64,000 nucleotides of DNA. Source: a virus. The position numbers and the translations under genes were made by a program. This document shows, piece after piece, positions 33,702-43,634 of this stretch. Where the stretch lies: positions 1 to 64,000 of IMG/VR virus record IMGVR_UViG_3300027301_000003; one strand, 5' to 3'. Within the stretch, counting starts at the first letter, position 1. Every line of letters begins with the position of its first letter. Under the pieces are notes generated by a model that worked only from the letters and a program-made list of their open reading frames with translations, searched no databases and was not told the DNA's origin.

Positions 33702-35392
33702 GTAATATTTACAAAGAACTAAGTGAAGAGCGCAAGAAACTACAGGAGCAAGATTTAGTTCCTCAGTGGTATACAACTGCAGGTTATCAGATGTTCAAAG
33801 ATAAATATGAATATCAAACTGAAGGTCGTTCTGTACGTGGTCAATTTGAGAGGATAGCCCGTACTGCAGCAAAACACGTTCCTATGCTTCCTAATGCTGA
33901 ATCAGAGTTCTTTAAACTGCTTTGGAACGGTTGGTTGTCTCCTAGCACCCCTGTACTAGCTAACATGGGAACAAGCCGTGGAATGCCCGTTTCGTGCTCA
34001 GGAACCATTGCTGATGATTCGGTGGATGGTTTCTACACGAACTTGCATGAAGTTGCTATGTTGACTAAATACGGTTTTGGTACAGCAACTGACCTCAGTT
34101 CTATTCGTCCTCGTGGTTCAAAGATTAGCGTAGGTGGTAAAGCCTCTGGTGTTCTACCTGTGATTAAAGAGCATGTTAACGCTATGCGTAATATCGCACA
34201 AGGTACTGCACGTAGAGGTGCTTGGGCTTTCTATCTAGATATCGAACATGGTGACTTCAACGAAATCTCTGATCATATCTTAGCTGAACCCGATGATTTG
34301 AATGCAGGTTGGACCATTCGACAATCATTCATTGATCGTTTGGAAGCAGGTGACCGTGATGCTATTGAACGCTTTCAGAAAGCCATGAAGATCAAGATGG
34401 TGACTGGTAAAGGTTACTTCTTCTTTATTGACAAAGCTAATGCTAAACGTCCAGTTACTTATGTAGATCATGGACTAAAGATTAATAACTCTCAGCTATG
34501 TTCTGAGATTATGCTGTTCAATGATTTAGATCATACTTACACTTGCGTACTATCTTCAATGAATGCAGCTAAGTACAGAGAATGGCAGCACACCAATGCA
34601 GCTTATTGGGCAACAGTCTTTTTAGATTGTGTAGCTTCTGAATTCATCGAAAGAGCAGAAGGTATTAACGGTCTAGAGAAAGCTGTACGATTCACTAAGA
34701 AGAGCCGAGCACTTGGTTTAGGTCTATGTGGTATCCATACGCTGTTTATGCAAGAGATGCTACCGTTTGAAGGCTTTGATGCACATAGGTTAAGTCAAGA
34801 GATTCAAGCTAGTATTTGGGAACAAGCTCAAGGTGCTACTAAAGCTATGGCTGCACTATTAGGTGAACCAGAGTGGTGTAAAGGTTATGGTATTCGTAAT
34901 ACGCACTTGATTGCTATTGCACCAACTAAATCAACTGCTTTACTAATGGGTGGTGTATCAGAAGGTATTAACCCTGATCCAGCTATGAGTTACAATCAGA
35001 TGACTTCTGCAGGTGAAATTGATCGCTTGAATCCTGTACTACTTGAGCTAATGAAAAAGAAGGGTGTCTACACCAAGAAACATGTGCAAGAGATTACAGA
35101 TAAGCAAGGTTCCGTTCAGCACGTAGAATGGCTAACCGATGATGAAAAGCAAGTATTTAAAACTGCTTTTGAAATCAACCAGAAAGCTGTGCTAAGATTA
35201 GCATCTGCACGTAGTCGATACATTGATCAATGGCAGTCTCTAAACCTGTTCTTTGCAGCAGATGAAGACCCTGCTTGGATCGCTGAAGTTCACGCTGAAG
35301 CTTTCCGTGACCCTAATATCTTAGCGTTGTATTATATTTATACTCAAGCTGGTGTACAAGCCAGTAAGGGTGAATGCGAAGCTTGTCAATGA
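33698..35392 (+). CDS. nrdA: ribonucleotide reductase class I alpha subunit, no ATP cone
   Basis: SPSTP, VSC, RRGA, SQLCSEI, APTKS, C-terminal CEACQ. Confidence 0.95.
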   Translation: MSNIYKELSEERKKLQEQDLVPQWYTTAGYQMFKDKYEYQTEGRSVRGQFERIARTAAKHVPMLPNAESEFFKLLWNGWLSPSTPVLANMGTSRGMPVSCSGTIADDSVDGFYTNLHEVAMLTKYGFGTATDLSSIRPRGSKISVGGKASGVLPVIKEHVNAMRNIAQGTARRGAWAFYLDIEHGDFNEISDHILAEPDDLNAGWTIRQSFIDRLEAGDRDAIERFQKAMKIKMVTGKGYFFFIDKANAKRPVTYVDHGLKINNSQLCSEIMLFNDLDHTYTCVLSSMNAAKYREWQHTNAAYWATVFLDCVASEFIERAEGINGLEKAVRFTKKSRALGLGLCGIHTLFMQEMLPFEGFDAHRLSQEIQASIWEQAQGATKAMAALLGEPEWCKGYGIRNTHLIAIAPTKSTALLMGGVSEGINPDPAMSYNQMTSAGEIDRLNPVLLELMKKKGVYTKKHVQEITDKQGSVQHVEWLTDDEKQVFKTAFEINQKAVLRLASARSRYIDQWQSLNLFFAADEDPAWIAEVHAEAFRDPNILALYYIYTQAGVQASKGECEACQ

Positions 35393-35613
35393 TTTATAAA
35401 ATAATCAGAAACTCACACAATTATGAACGGTATGATCAAAATGACGAAGAAACATTGTATAGTACCAATCATAAATCTACTTTAGTATTTGTAGGTTGTA
35501 AAATGAAAGTTGTGAAAGAAAAACTAAAAGAGATGAAAGATGCTGAAGAAGTACATGGTGATCATCACTGTGTTTATTTTGAATTTGTAAAGGAAAACGT
35601 ATGCAAAAACTAG
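35389..35613 (+). CDS. hypothetical protein
   Basis: ORF track 35374..35613; ATGA overlap with nrdA. Confidence 0.55.
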   Translation: MIYKIIRNSHNYERYDQNDEETLYSTNHKSTLVFVGCKMKVVKEKLKEMKDAEEVHGDHHCVYFEFVKENVCKN

Positions 35614-35843
35614 TAGTATTTAAAGCTCATTGGTGTGCTCCATGTAAAATGCTTAGTAAAGTAATCCAAGATACTGATCTAGGTATTCCAGTAGAAACAG
35701 TAGACATTGATGCTGACCCTACAGCTACAACTGAATACGATATTCGTGGAGTACCAACTTTACTTCTCATGAGCGATAATCAAGTCATGCGGCGTAAGTC
35801 AGGTTACATGAATGCTGAACAATTAAAAGAGTTTGTTGCGTAA
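35601..35843 (+). CDS. thioredoxin
   Basis: WCAPC, GVPT. Confidence 0.9.
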   Translation: MQKLVVFKAHWCAPCKMLSKVIQDTDLGIPVETVDIDADPTATTEYDIRGVPTLLLMSDNQVMRRKSGYMNAEQLKEFVA

Positions 35844-35854
35844 AGTACAGACGT

Positions 35855-35897
35855 AAAAATGCCCGGAGTCCTGTAAAGGATATCCGGGTTTTCTTTT
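35855..35897. terminator. bidirectional terminator between converging arms
   Basis: A5-CCCGGA..TCCGGG-T-rich. Confidence 0.75.
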
Positions 35898-36364
35898 TAC
35901 ATATGAATACCGTTTAGATACACGGTTTTACCATTTTGTTTAACTGCTGTTAATACTTGGCATTTTAGATTGTCAGGATTATATGATACATGTACCCAAC
36001 CTGAGTTTGGTAATCCTTGTGTATAAAACTCAAGAATAACTTGCGTGAACTTAAAGTTCTCTATGATATAATTAGCAAGATCACCATTAGCCATACCTGC
36101 GATTTCAATATCAGCAGCTTGACCTTTGCAATGATCAGAAGTAGCACTACCACCTACTGCTGTATTAACTGCAGGGGAGCGATAACCGCTATTAATCTTT
36201 AGAGGCTTACCTAGTTTTTCACGTAATGGTTGCAATACATTATCTACTAGGATTTGCATATTAGCGATAATCTCAGGAGTTGGTGTATTATCAATACCTT
36301 TACTAATTGCAGTACCAGAGTATGTTAGTTCAGCTAAGGAAAAGTTCTTCGACAACTGTGTCAT
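35897..36364 (-). CDS. endolysin, peptidase M15A
   Basis: LSKNFSLAE, SGYR, S.H..G.AADI, WVHVS. Confidence 0.9.
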   Translation of the reverse strand: MTQLSKNFSLAELTYSGTAISKGIDNTPTPEIIANMQILVDNVLQPLREKLGKPLKINSGYRSPAVNTAVGGSATSDHCKGQAADIEIAGMANGDLANYIIENFKFTQVILEFYTQGLPNSGWVHVSYNPDNLKCQVLTAVKQNGKTVYLNGIHM

Positions 36365-36376
36365 ATATTCTTTCTA

Positions 36377-36829
36377 TTATTTTGCAGAGGATGTAGGCCA
36401 TGATTGAATCAACGTTCTGGCATCAAGGGCGTGACCATCAGCTTTTCTCGCCATTTCTTCAAGAGCAACTGAACACTCTCCGAATACGGTTGTTGCGGTT
36501 GCTGCGTAGTCTCTAACGGAGGTGCAGGTAGAACTATTGATGGTGGCACTATTACGGGTGTTGTAGTCCCGCACCCAATTAAGCTCAGACTGAGCAGCAG
36601 AGGCAGCAGCAGCGTTTTGTTTAGCTTTGACTTGTGCTTGTTGTAGTGCAGCATCTTTTTTCCTTTGCAATTCTGTTGATTGATCTAAAACTTGTTGTGT
36701 AGCGGTAGCTAAAGCTTTGGAATGCTGAGTATGAATATCACTGATAACAGAATCCATACGCCAACCTTGGACCAAGAAACCCGCAACGAAAGCACAAGCA
36801 GTTAAGCCAGCAGTGATATAGTAATTCAT
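36377..36829 (-). CDS. Rz-like inner membrane spanin
   Basis: N-terminal TM followed by coiled coil; next to endolysin. Confidence 0.8.
   Translation of the reverse strand: MNYYITAGLTACAFVAGFLVQGWRMDSVISDIHTQHSKALATATQQVLDQSTELQRKKDAALQQAQVKAKQNAAAASAAQSELNWVRDYNTRNSATINSSTCTSVRDYAATATTVFGECSVALEEMARKADGHALDARTLIQSWPTSSAK
36409..36654 (-). CDS. Rz1-like outer membrane lipoprotein spanin embedded in Rz
   Basis: Signal peptide with lipobox LIGC, then Pro-rich; alternative frame inside Rz. Confidence 0.75.
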   Translation of the reverse strand: MLHYNKHKSKLNKTLLLPLLLSLSLIGCGTTTPVIVPPSIVLPAPPLETTQQPQQPYSESVQLLLKKWREKLMVTPLMPER

Positions 36830-36830
36830 A

Positions 36831-37169
36831 TTATTCCTTATTATCCTTATTCATAGTACCACGAATATAAGCTGTAGCTGCCATGAATGCAACAACGATA
36901 GTACCCATTGCAGCAGAGAATGTAGTTGCTAAACCCATTATTAGATTAACTTTTTCAGAACTAACAAAAGGTAGTGTCATTAATATAATAGTTAAAAATG
37001 GTAAGAATAAAGCTGCCCATGCCATTAATCGCTGTTGATCAGCTAATTTATCCATGTTATCTATTTGTAGCATTCTTTCGCTGCGATTTAATTCATCGTC
37101 AGTTACAATACCGTCATGGTCTGCATCAAATTGTTCATAAATGGAATTTGCTTCTAGTTTTTTTGACAT
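36831..37169 (-). CDS. holin-like protein, two TMs, N-terminal EF-hand-like loop
   Basis: DADHDGIVTDDE; two hydrophobic segments; lysis context. Confidence 0.6.
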   Translation of the reverse strand: MSKKLEANSIYEQFDADHDGIVTDDELNRSERMLQIDNMDKLADQQRLMAWAALFLPFLTIILMTLPFVSSEKVNLIMGLATTFSAAMGTIVVAFMAATAYIRGTMNKDNKE

Positions 37170-37177
37170 AATGCACC

Positions 37178-37657
37178 TTAAGTCATTAATTGATATACTA
37201 CCATAAATAATAGATAAGCTAAATACAAAGCAATTGCAAGCATTGAATACAAGAATATATTTTCTATGACTTGTTTCTTGTGCGCTATTTGCAGTTTCTT
37301 ATCTCTGATTCTCTTGGCTATAATAGCTCTTCTTTCATCTATCATTTCTCGATAAGCAGCTTCACCGTAAGCCATCTTCACTAGCATCATTAACTCATAT
37401 TCTTGTTTAATTACTGCTCTGCGTCTTACTAGGTTATCTAGGGCTTCTTGCTCTACGGAACCTTTGCTGATTAACTTCTTAAATATTGAAGGATTTTGTA
37501 CTTCTTCTTCGGATTGCTTTACATCAGATACTGCAGTGAAGAATTTACCCAATGCTCCAGAAACTTCATGTAATTCTCTACCAACTTCAATACCTTGCTT
37601 TACTGCATTATAAGCAGCAGTTGCTATTGCAAAAGCACTTACCGGATCAATCATCAC
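37178..37657 (-). CDS. membrane-anchored coiled-coil protein
   Basis: MIDPVSA N-terminus; C-terminal TM. Confidence 0.65.
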   Translation of the reverse strand: MMIDPVSAFAIATAAYNAVKQGIEVGRELHEVSGALGKFFTAVSDVKQSEEEVQNPSIFKKLISKGSVEQEALDNLVRRRAVIKQEYELMMLVKMAYGEAAYREMIDERRAIIAKRIRDKKLQIAHKKQVIENIFLYSMLAIALYLAYLLFMVVYQLMT

Positions 37658-37881
37658 ACACCCAATATAAGTTTAATTACATTAGTAATACCCATTGCTT
37701 GTGACAATACCACTACTACAGCACCTATCGCTAAATACTTGATTTGATTTAATGTATTTTCTATACCAGTTAAGGAGTTGCGTAAATCAGTTGAAATATC
37801 CTGAAGTTTCTTTAGTTCTTCAGCATGATCTTCTACTCTTAACTCTAACTTAATAACACGGTGTTCAATTTGTTCAGACAT
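37654..37881 (-). CDS. XhlA-like/holin-like membrane protein
   Basis: Coiled coil plus C-terminal TM. Confidence 0.6.
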   Translation of the reverse strand: MSEQIEHRVIKLELRVEDHAEELKKLQDISTDLRNSLTGIENTLNQIKYLAIGAVVVVLSQAMGITNVIKLILGV

Positions 37882-37911
37882 ACTACTACTTTCAGACTAC
37901 TTAAGGATATA

Positions 37912-37940
37912 AACGAAAATAGGCCACCCGAAGGTGACCT
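37912..37940 (-). terminator. intrinsic terminator
   Basis: AGGTCACC-TTCG-GGTGGCCT plus T-rich tail. Confidence 0.75.
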
Positions 37941-38163
37941 AGCAATGATTTATTATATCATTAATGTTGATGAAAATCAAGGGTTATTTATCTTCGATTA
38001 CTACTTCTGGTTCAACTTTATTGAGTTGTTCTTCAGTTTGTAATTTAAACTTCATGCACAGAGGATAGACCCCGGATTTAGTTGGTAAGTCACCTAAGAT
38101 TTCTAGTACTTTTTGTACGTCCTCTAGTTCTAATTGAATGTTTAATGATTTCATATTTCTCCT

Positions 38164-38442
38164 TTAATTGGTTATATTGGCAAAAACATTTACAAACACA
38201 GTGCCATCTTCCAATGCTTCAATTTCATGCCATTCGTTTGCGACAAGATTTACAGGCTGAGTGTCTTTAGTCATTACCAACTCACGACCCTCTTTGCGAA
38301 CAATGCAACACCCTGAGTGACACATTGTAAGGTGTGAATACAGATGTTCGTGCTTTGGTAACCCTTCGCCTTTTTTGGTGTGGTAGACATTCAGGGTTGT
38401 GCCGTTTTGTGTGACAACAAAGCGTGGGGCTACTGTGTTCAT
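38164..38442 (-). CDS. cupin-fold protein
   Basis: H.H...H, WHEIEALEDGTVF. Confidence 0.8.
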   Translation of the reverse strand: MNTVAPRFVVTQNGTTLNVYHTKKGEGLPKHEHLYSHLTMCHSGCCIVRKEGRELVMTKDTQPVNLVANEWHEIEALEDGTVFVNVFANITN

Positions 38443-38690
38443 AGCGTCTGAGCACCTTCCGTAACAGGCTGCACAGGCTCTGGTGGAGGGATATATTCAG
38501 CGATTGGACCATATGTTCCATCAACAATGTCTGCAAATATTGCACGACCATGTGACTCAACGTCATTTGGTGATGCAGTGAATGGTAAAACCTCATCGCC
38601 AAATTGTGATGTTGTGATTTCACAATTTATTGCAGTGTGTTCTGCGTTGCCCCACACGGGGTTTGTCAGGGAGTTAAGTGTTGCTTGCAT
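38439..38690 (-). CDS. tail fibre assembly/chaperone-like protein
   Basis: PFTASPND.E.HGR.IF..G.YGPIAEY motif. Confidence 0.7.
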   Translation of the reverse strand: MQATLNSLTNPVWGNAEHTAINCEITTSQFGDEVLPFTASPNDVESHGRAIFADIVDGTYGPIAEYIPPPEPVQPVTEGAQTL

Positions 38691-38701
38691 AATTTTTCCT
38701 C

Positions 38702-39073
38702 TTAAGAAATTCTTAGCCAAAGACTAAGCCTACCATCACCAACTGCACCACAACCTCCATCTACTACGCCAGCCGAAAAACCCATCAATCGCCATGTTCC
38801 AGCTACAGCGGGAGTTACTGTCGAACTCCCGGCGTAGTTACCACCCGCTAAAGCTGCACCACCATATCGCAAGCCAGTTCCCGCCAAAGTTGTTCCCGGT
38901 GTTCTAGTTGCGTTTGCCGCAAGATTAACATCAACCATAAACGCATACGTTCCAACTGCTCCAACAGCAGCCCCTGCGGTTGCGTTTAAAACAGTGGTTG
39001 ATGTTATAGCAGTGCTCTGTGTTGTACCATCATTAAAGACAATACCATTAGTACCATTAATAGTAACTGCCAT
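38702..39073 (-). CDS. short tail fibre/receptor-binding-like protein
   Basis: GAVGTYA, GTWRLMG, LWLRIS motifs. Confidence 0.65.
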   Translation of the reverse strand: MAVTINGTNGIVFNDGTTQSTAITSTTVLNATAGAAVGAVGTYAFMVDVNLAANATRTPGTTLAGTGLRYGGAALAGGNYAGSSTVTPAVAGTWRLMGFSAGVVDGGCGAVGDGRLSLWLRIS

Positions 39074-39074
39074 A

Positions 39075-39329
39075 TTACTCTCCAGCTAAAGCAGTAGGTA
39101 TAGCAGCTTTTAGTTCTTCAGGTGTAGTTGCATATACCACAACAGGGTCAGTTGTTGCATCTCTTAGAGCTTGCTTTTTAGCTCCAATCTCAGCTTGCTT
39201 TGCTGTATCACCAGCTTCAATGGCTCTCATCATTTCGATATCAAGAGCAGCTAAAAGTGGAGCACGTTCTGCACGAATCATATCTTTTTTGATTTCCAAT
39301 GCTTTTTGCATGTTTACAATAATAGGCAT
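39075..39329 (-). CDS. tail assembly chaperone-like protein
   Basis: IR.ER..LL..LD...KQALRD. Confidence 0.6.
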   Translation of the reverse strand: MPIIVNMQKALEIKKDMIRAERAPLLAALDIEMMRAIEAGDTAKQAEIGAKKQALRDATTDPVVVYATTPEELKAAIPTALAGE

Positions 39330-39333
39330 AACT

Positions 39334-39522
39334 TTACTCCATTGTCCAAGCGTTACGGAAAGTACGATCTTGTGGGATATCTGCAGCATCTACAATTTCG
39401 TAAGGAGTACCGTGTGGTACATCTTTGGCTGCAATTTGTTGAATAGTTAAACCAGATTCAGGTGCTGGAATGATAACCGCAACGCCTCCATCTGGTGTTT
39501 TATAAATGATTCTATTTGTCAT
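39334..39522 (-). CDS. tail-associated small protein
   Basis: AAKDVP.G...DRTFRNAW motif. Confidence 0.65.
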   Translation of the reverse strand: MTNRIIYKTPDGGVAVIIPAPESGLTIQQIAAKDVPHGTPYEIVDAADIPQDRTFRNAWTME

Positions 39523-39554
39523 TATATTTCCTTTATGTTAAAGTTGACGATTAA

Positions 39555-39947
39555 TTAGCGGAAGATGGATATACACACAATGTTGCAGTCGATTGGACCA
39601 GACGAGTTCCCCTGCTTCCAAAATCCACGTAGAGCACTTGTAGTAGGAGGAAAAGATGTTCTTGAGTTAAAACATTGACCACCAACCACTGTGTCAATAT
39701 TGTCTCCACTCGATCCTGAAGCTGTGAAGCAATAGTTAGCATCTGTCATAGCATTAGTAAAGTTTACAGTATAATCACCAGTACCATTATCAGTAATACT
39801 ACTTACATTAAAAGCTGCACGAATAGCTACAGTACCTGTACCGTTAAAGTTAACCCAAGCTTTTGCACTACCGTTTACTACTGTACCTACCGGAACGGTC
39901 AATGTACCCGCTACGTTTTGAAGGGTGTCTGTTTTTATTGTTGACAT
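39555..39947 (-). CDS. short tail-fibre-domain protein, paralog 1
   Basis: AKAWVNF.G...NVSSITDNG.G.Y.VNFTNAM.D. Confidence 0.7.
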   Translation of the reverse strand: MSTIKTDTLQNVAGTLTVPVGTVVNGSAKAWVNFNGTGTVAIRAAFNVSSITDNGTGDYTVNFTNAMTDANYCFTASGSSGDNIDTVVGGQCFNSRTSFPPTTSALRGFWKQGNSSGPIDCNIVCISIFR

Positions 39948-39964
39948 TTGTTGGTCCTTTTAGA

Positions 39965-40336
39965 TTAGCGGAAGATTACAACGTTTACCTGTGGTAAGTC
40001 TTGCAGTGTGTGACCATTACCAACTGACCATGTACCAATCCTTATCGAACTAGATGTCCTGAAATACGAAACTTCGGAACCGCTAACGAAATAACCAGAA
40101 AGAGTACCTGTTGGTGTATCTGCATTTGCCCATCCAGATACAGCATAATCACTGTCTACCATAGCATTAGTAAAGTTTACATTATAATTACCTACTCCAT
40201 TATCAGTAATACTTGAAACATTACCGGAAGCTCGTATTGTAATAGTACTAATACCACTAAAGTTAACCCAAGCTTTTGCTGTATATACCTCAACACCAGA
40301 TAAATTCTGGATTGTTGTGCATTTAATTGTTGACAT
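39965..40336 (-). CDS. short tail-fibre-domain protein, paralog 2
   Basis: Same motif as 39555..39947. Confidence 0.7.
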   Translation of the reverse strand: MSTIKCTTIQNLSGVEVYTAKAWVNFSGISTITIRASGNVSSITDNGVGNYNVNFTNAMVDSDYAVSGWANADTPTGTLSGYFVSGSEVSYFRTSSSIRIGTWSVGNGHTLQDLPQVNVVIFR

Positions 40337-40354
40337 TATTATTTTCCTTATTCA

Positions 40355-43300
40355 TTATACAACAGTCCATACAGAGCCACTTGATACAGTTACCGTAATA
40401 CCACTGTTAATAGTAATAGGTCCAGCACTCATTGCATTTTTACCAGTAGCAACGGTATAGTTAGTAGTTACTGCTTGACCATTCTCATAGAAAATCTGAT
40501 CAGCACCACCACCAGTTGCACCACCTCCACTTAAACCCAATGTTCTCCATGAAGTTCCATCTGTGATTATAATACAAGATTGTCCGGGTGTCAATACCTT
40601 AGTAGCTGCACCATCAATTAATTCTGCACTGTTGGGGTCAATAGTAATTGTACCTGTACCAGTATTAATGATACCTACAGAGAAACCGTTAGCTAAAGTA
40701 GCAGCAGCAGTTAAAGATACACTGAATGTACCAGAGCATAAGATAACATCACCACGATCACCAACTACTACAGTATAAGCTGCAGTCTTTGCTACAGTTT
40801 GAGCAGCAATAGCACCTAAGTTTTGTAGAGCAGCAATTTGAGTCGTAGCACCTGTACCACCTGCTGCTAATGCAACAGTACCCCATGTAGGAGCAGCAGC
40901 ACCACCTGAGAGCAATACTTGACCAGATGTACCAGCGGCACTAATAGCCATTGCAGAAGCACCAGAATAGACGATACCACCGTTTACTGCAGTTAGAGAA
41001 GCGTTAGTACCACCAGCGGCTAAAGAAACGTCTGTAGCATTCCATACACCTGTAGTGATTGTACCTACTGTAGTTGCAGCAGCGGAATTGACAGCAGCAG
41101 TTGTTACAAGTTCAGATTGTACGTTAGCTAAAAGTTTAGGTCTAACTACACCGTCTGTGCCTGTTTCTACATAATAATGGGTAGCTGCAGTTGCCGTATC
41201 TGCTGTACCAACTAAGTTTAAACTTGTAGGATAAAAAGCACCACCGTAGTTTAAACGAGTAGTACCAGTTGGAGTTGTAGTTCCACCATCAAGTTGACCT
41301 GCAGCAGCAGTTGTACCATTGTACTTTAAAGCACCAGTACTTGTTGAACCTGCAGTTAATGTAGTTGCAGATACAGTAGCAGTAGTTACTATCTCAGCTT
41401 GAGCATTAGCTAAAGTCTTAGGTCTAACAAAACCATCACTAGCTGTTTCTACAAAGTAGTGACTAGCTGCAGTTGCTGTATCACCAGCACCTAGTAAGTT
41501 CAAGTTTGTAGTATAAAAATTACCTTCGTAGTTTAAACGAGTAGTATTTACTGGAGTTGTTGTACTTGCGTTAAAAGTACCCGCAGAAATCGCAGTACCT
41601 GTTACCTGTAATAAACCACCAATTATTTGATTACCACCTAAATAAGTATCACCTCCAGCAACAAATAGTGACCAACGGCTACTAATTGTTACGTTAGTAC
41701 TTGCAACAGGAGCACCAGCAATATATAAAGTACTTGCGTTTGTATAGGTACTAGCTGAACTAGATTGTAATGTTTCTATACCTAATGAATTTGAAGCTAA
41801 ATGAGCAACAGCACCTGCTACTGTCATTGTAGTCGCAGAAGGAATAGCAATATTAATACCTGCTGTAGTAACTGGTGTAGGGATAAAACTAGAAGCGTTT
41901 GCATCCACAAATCTATTCCAAAGCATTACTGTAGTATTAAGAGTAGAAGTTCCTGTAAAGTAAGTCTTGAAACTTTTACCGGAGTTAACTGTACCTACGC
42001 TTACGTTTACAATAGCACCATCTAAGTCACCGGATGAATCAGCATCTACAGAACGAGTCAATGTCCAAGGAACTGTAGTAGAACCAATTGCTGTAACAGT
42101 ATAAACACCGTTATACTTAGGTGCATCAGTAGCAATTAAACCACCTAAAGTGCGTTGATCTTTTACAAGAACTCTGTCGTTTACAGCAACAGCCACACCG
42201 TCAATTGAAAGAGCCGCAATGACTTGTGTAAATGTAGTTGCAACAGCAGTACCAGCTACAGTAGCTGCTGCTGAAAGAACAAAAGTAGTTGCGTTCGTAA
42301 TCGAAACAACGGTAGTACCAACTGGAATATTAGCGTTACCGGATAGGACAGCACCAACTTTGATACCAGCAGTAGAAGTCGTAGTAGCAGTAGTGGAAAG
42401 AGTTGTAGTTACTGCTAGACTGAAAGTGTCATCATAACCAGTTAATACGTTAGCCGCAAAAGTACTTGCAGGTAAATCTGCAGTTGTTGCAACTCTTACG
42501 ATTTTCTTATATGAAGAATCAGCAGCATGAATACTTAGATCAAAAGAAGCCCAAGTTGGAGCAGAAGCACCATTACTTTGCAGAACTTGACCAGCAGTAC
42601 CAGCAGCAGTAGAAGCATAAGCAGTAGTGCTATTACCAAAGATAATACCACCTTGAGATGGTGCAGTTGTTGTACCTGTACCACCGTAACCAACGGCTAC
42701 CGTATTACCGTTCCATACTGAACTTGTAGATAATGTCTTATTGGTTAAAGTTTGAGCTTCGTCAGTATTAACTACAGTTCTTTGAACAGTACCGTTACCA
42801 TAAGTAAATGCACCTGATAAGTAACCTAGTCTACCTGCAGTTGTACCAGATGCTGTACCTGATAATACTGGAGTTGTTAAAGTTTTATTGGTTAATGTTT
42901 GAGTACCACTAACTGTATCAATATCCACACCGTTAGCTTGAACAGTACCTGTACCTTTGGAAACTAAATCTAAACTAATGTTGGTATCACCACCTCTAGC
43001 AGCAACAGTAGGTTTTACACCAGTTGCTGCATTAATTACAGCAACATAGTTTACAGCAGAAGCATTACTGTCGAATTCCAATAGTTCATTACCAGCAGCA
43101 TCAGCAATAAAACCCAAATCTGCAAATCTTGGAGCAGTCAAAGTTTTATTAGTTAAGGTATCTGTAGTAGCTCTACCAACTAGTGTATCAGTTGATGTAG
43201 GTAAAGTAATTGTACCAGTGTTAGTAATAGTTGAAATTACAGGAGCAGTGAGTGTTTTGTTAGTTAGCGTTTGAGTATCGCTAACAGTTACAGCAGCATT

Positions 43301-43621
43301 ACCACCAATTGTAGTACCACTAGCAAGAGCAGTAGTACCACTAGATGACAGCGTAGTAAAAGCACCTGTTGATGCAGTAGTAGCACCAACAGAGCCGTTA
43401 ATGTTGATAGAAAAAGAGGTGCTCAGAGCACCCCAAGTTGTACCGTTATATTTCTCCCAATAACGCAACGCACTATTCCATCTAATTGAGTTAGTTGGAA
43501 CGTTTGTTGCCGTAGTAACTGCAGGGTCCAAACCAACGGAAAGGTCGTCAAACCTTCCGTCAAGTTCAGAAACGAAGTTTACATACGTACTGGTTGTCTG
43601 AGGCAAGTTATGATTTGCCAT
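40355..43621 (-). CDS. long tail fibre protein, 1088 aa
   Basis: T/G/A-rich; TLTNKTL repeats; internal duplication; tail context. Confidence 0.85.
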   Translation of the reverse strand: MANHNLPQTTSTYVNFVSELDGRFDDLSVGLDPAVTTATNVPTNSIRWNSALRYWEKYNGTTWGALSTSFSININGSVGATTASTGAFTTLSSSGTTALASGTTIGGNAAVTVSDTQTLTNKTLTAPVISTITNTGTITLPTSTDTLVGRATTDTLTNKTLTAPRFADLGFIADAAGNELLEFDSNASAVNYVAVINAATGVKPTVAARGGDTNISLDLVSKGTGTVQANGVDIDTVSGTQTLTNKTLTTPVLSGTASGTTAGRLGYLSGAFTYGNGTVQRTVVNTDEAQTLTNKTLSTSSVWNGNTVAVGYGGTGTTTAPSQGGIIFGNSTTAYASTAAGTAGQVLQSNGASAPTWASFDLSIHAADSSYKKIVRVATTADLPASTFAANVLTGYDDTFSLAVTTTLSTTATTTSTAGIKVGAVLSGNANIPVGTTVVSITNATTFVLSAAATVAGTAVATTFTQVIAALSIDGVAVAVNDRVLVKDQRTLGGLIATDAPKYNGVYTVTAIGSTTVPWTLTRSVDADSSGDLDGAIVNVSVGTVNSGKSFKTYFTGTSTLNTTVMLWNRFVDANASSFIPTPVTTAGINIAIPSATTMTVAGAVAHLASNSLGIETLQSSSASTYTNASTLYIAGAPVASTNVTISSRWSLFVAGGDTYLGGNQIIGGLLQVTGTAISAGTFNASTTTPVNTTRLNYEGNFYTTNLNLLGAGDTATAASHYFVETASDGFVRPKTLANAQAEIVTTATVSATTLTAGSTSTGALKYNGTTAAAGQLDGGTTTPTGTTRLNYGGAFYPTSLNLVGTADTATAATHYYVETGTDGVVRPKLLANVQSELVTTAAVNSAAATTVGTITTGVWNATDVSLAAGGTNASLTAVNGGIVYSGASAMAISAAGTSGQVLLSGGAAAPTWGTVALAAGGTGATTQIAALQNLGAIAAQTVAKTAAYTVVVGDRGDVILCSGTFSVSLTAAATLANGFSVGIINTGTGTITIDPNSAELIDGAATKVLTPGQSCIIITDGTSWRTLGLSGGGATGGGADQIFYENGQAVTTNYTVATGKNAMSAGPITINSGITVTVSSGSVWTVV

Positions 43622-43634
43622 TGATTTCTCCTAT

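Noticed and set aside
32519-35392. Intron or intein in nrdA, nrdB or the polymerase
   Set aside because: ORFs are continuous and compact, with no intein C/HN termini or LAGLIDADG motifs; the 64-aa ORF between nrdB and nrdA is a separate gene.
39555-40336. Diversity-generating retroelement or invertible tail cassette
   Set aside because: Differences are not adenine-specific, the repeats are direct, and no RT or invertase is seen.
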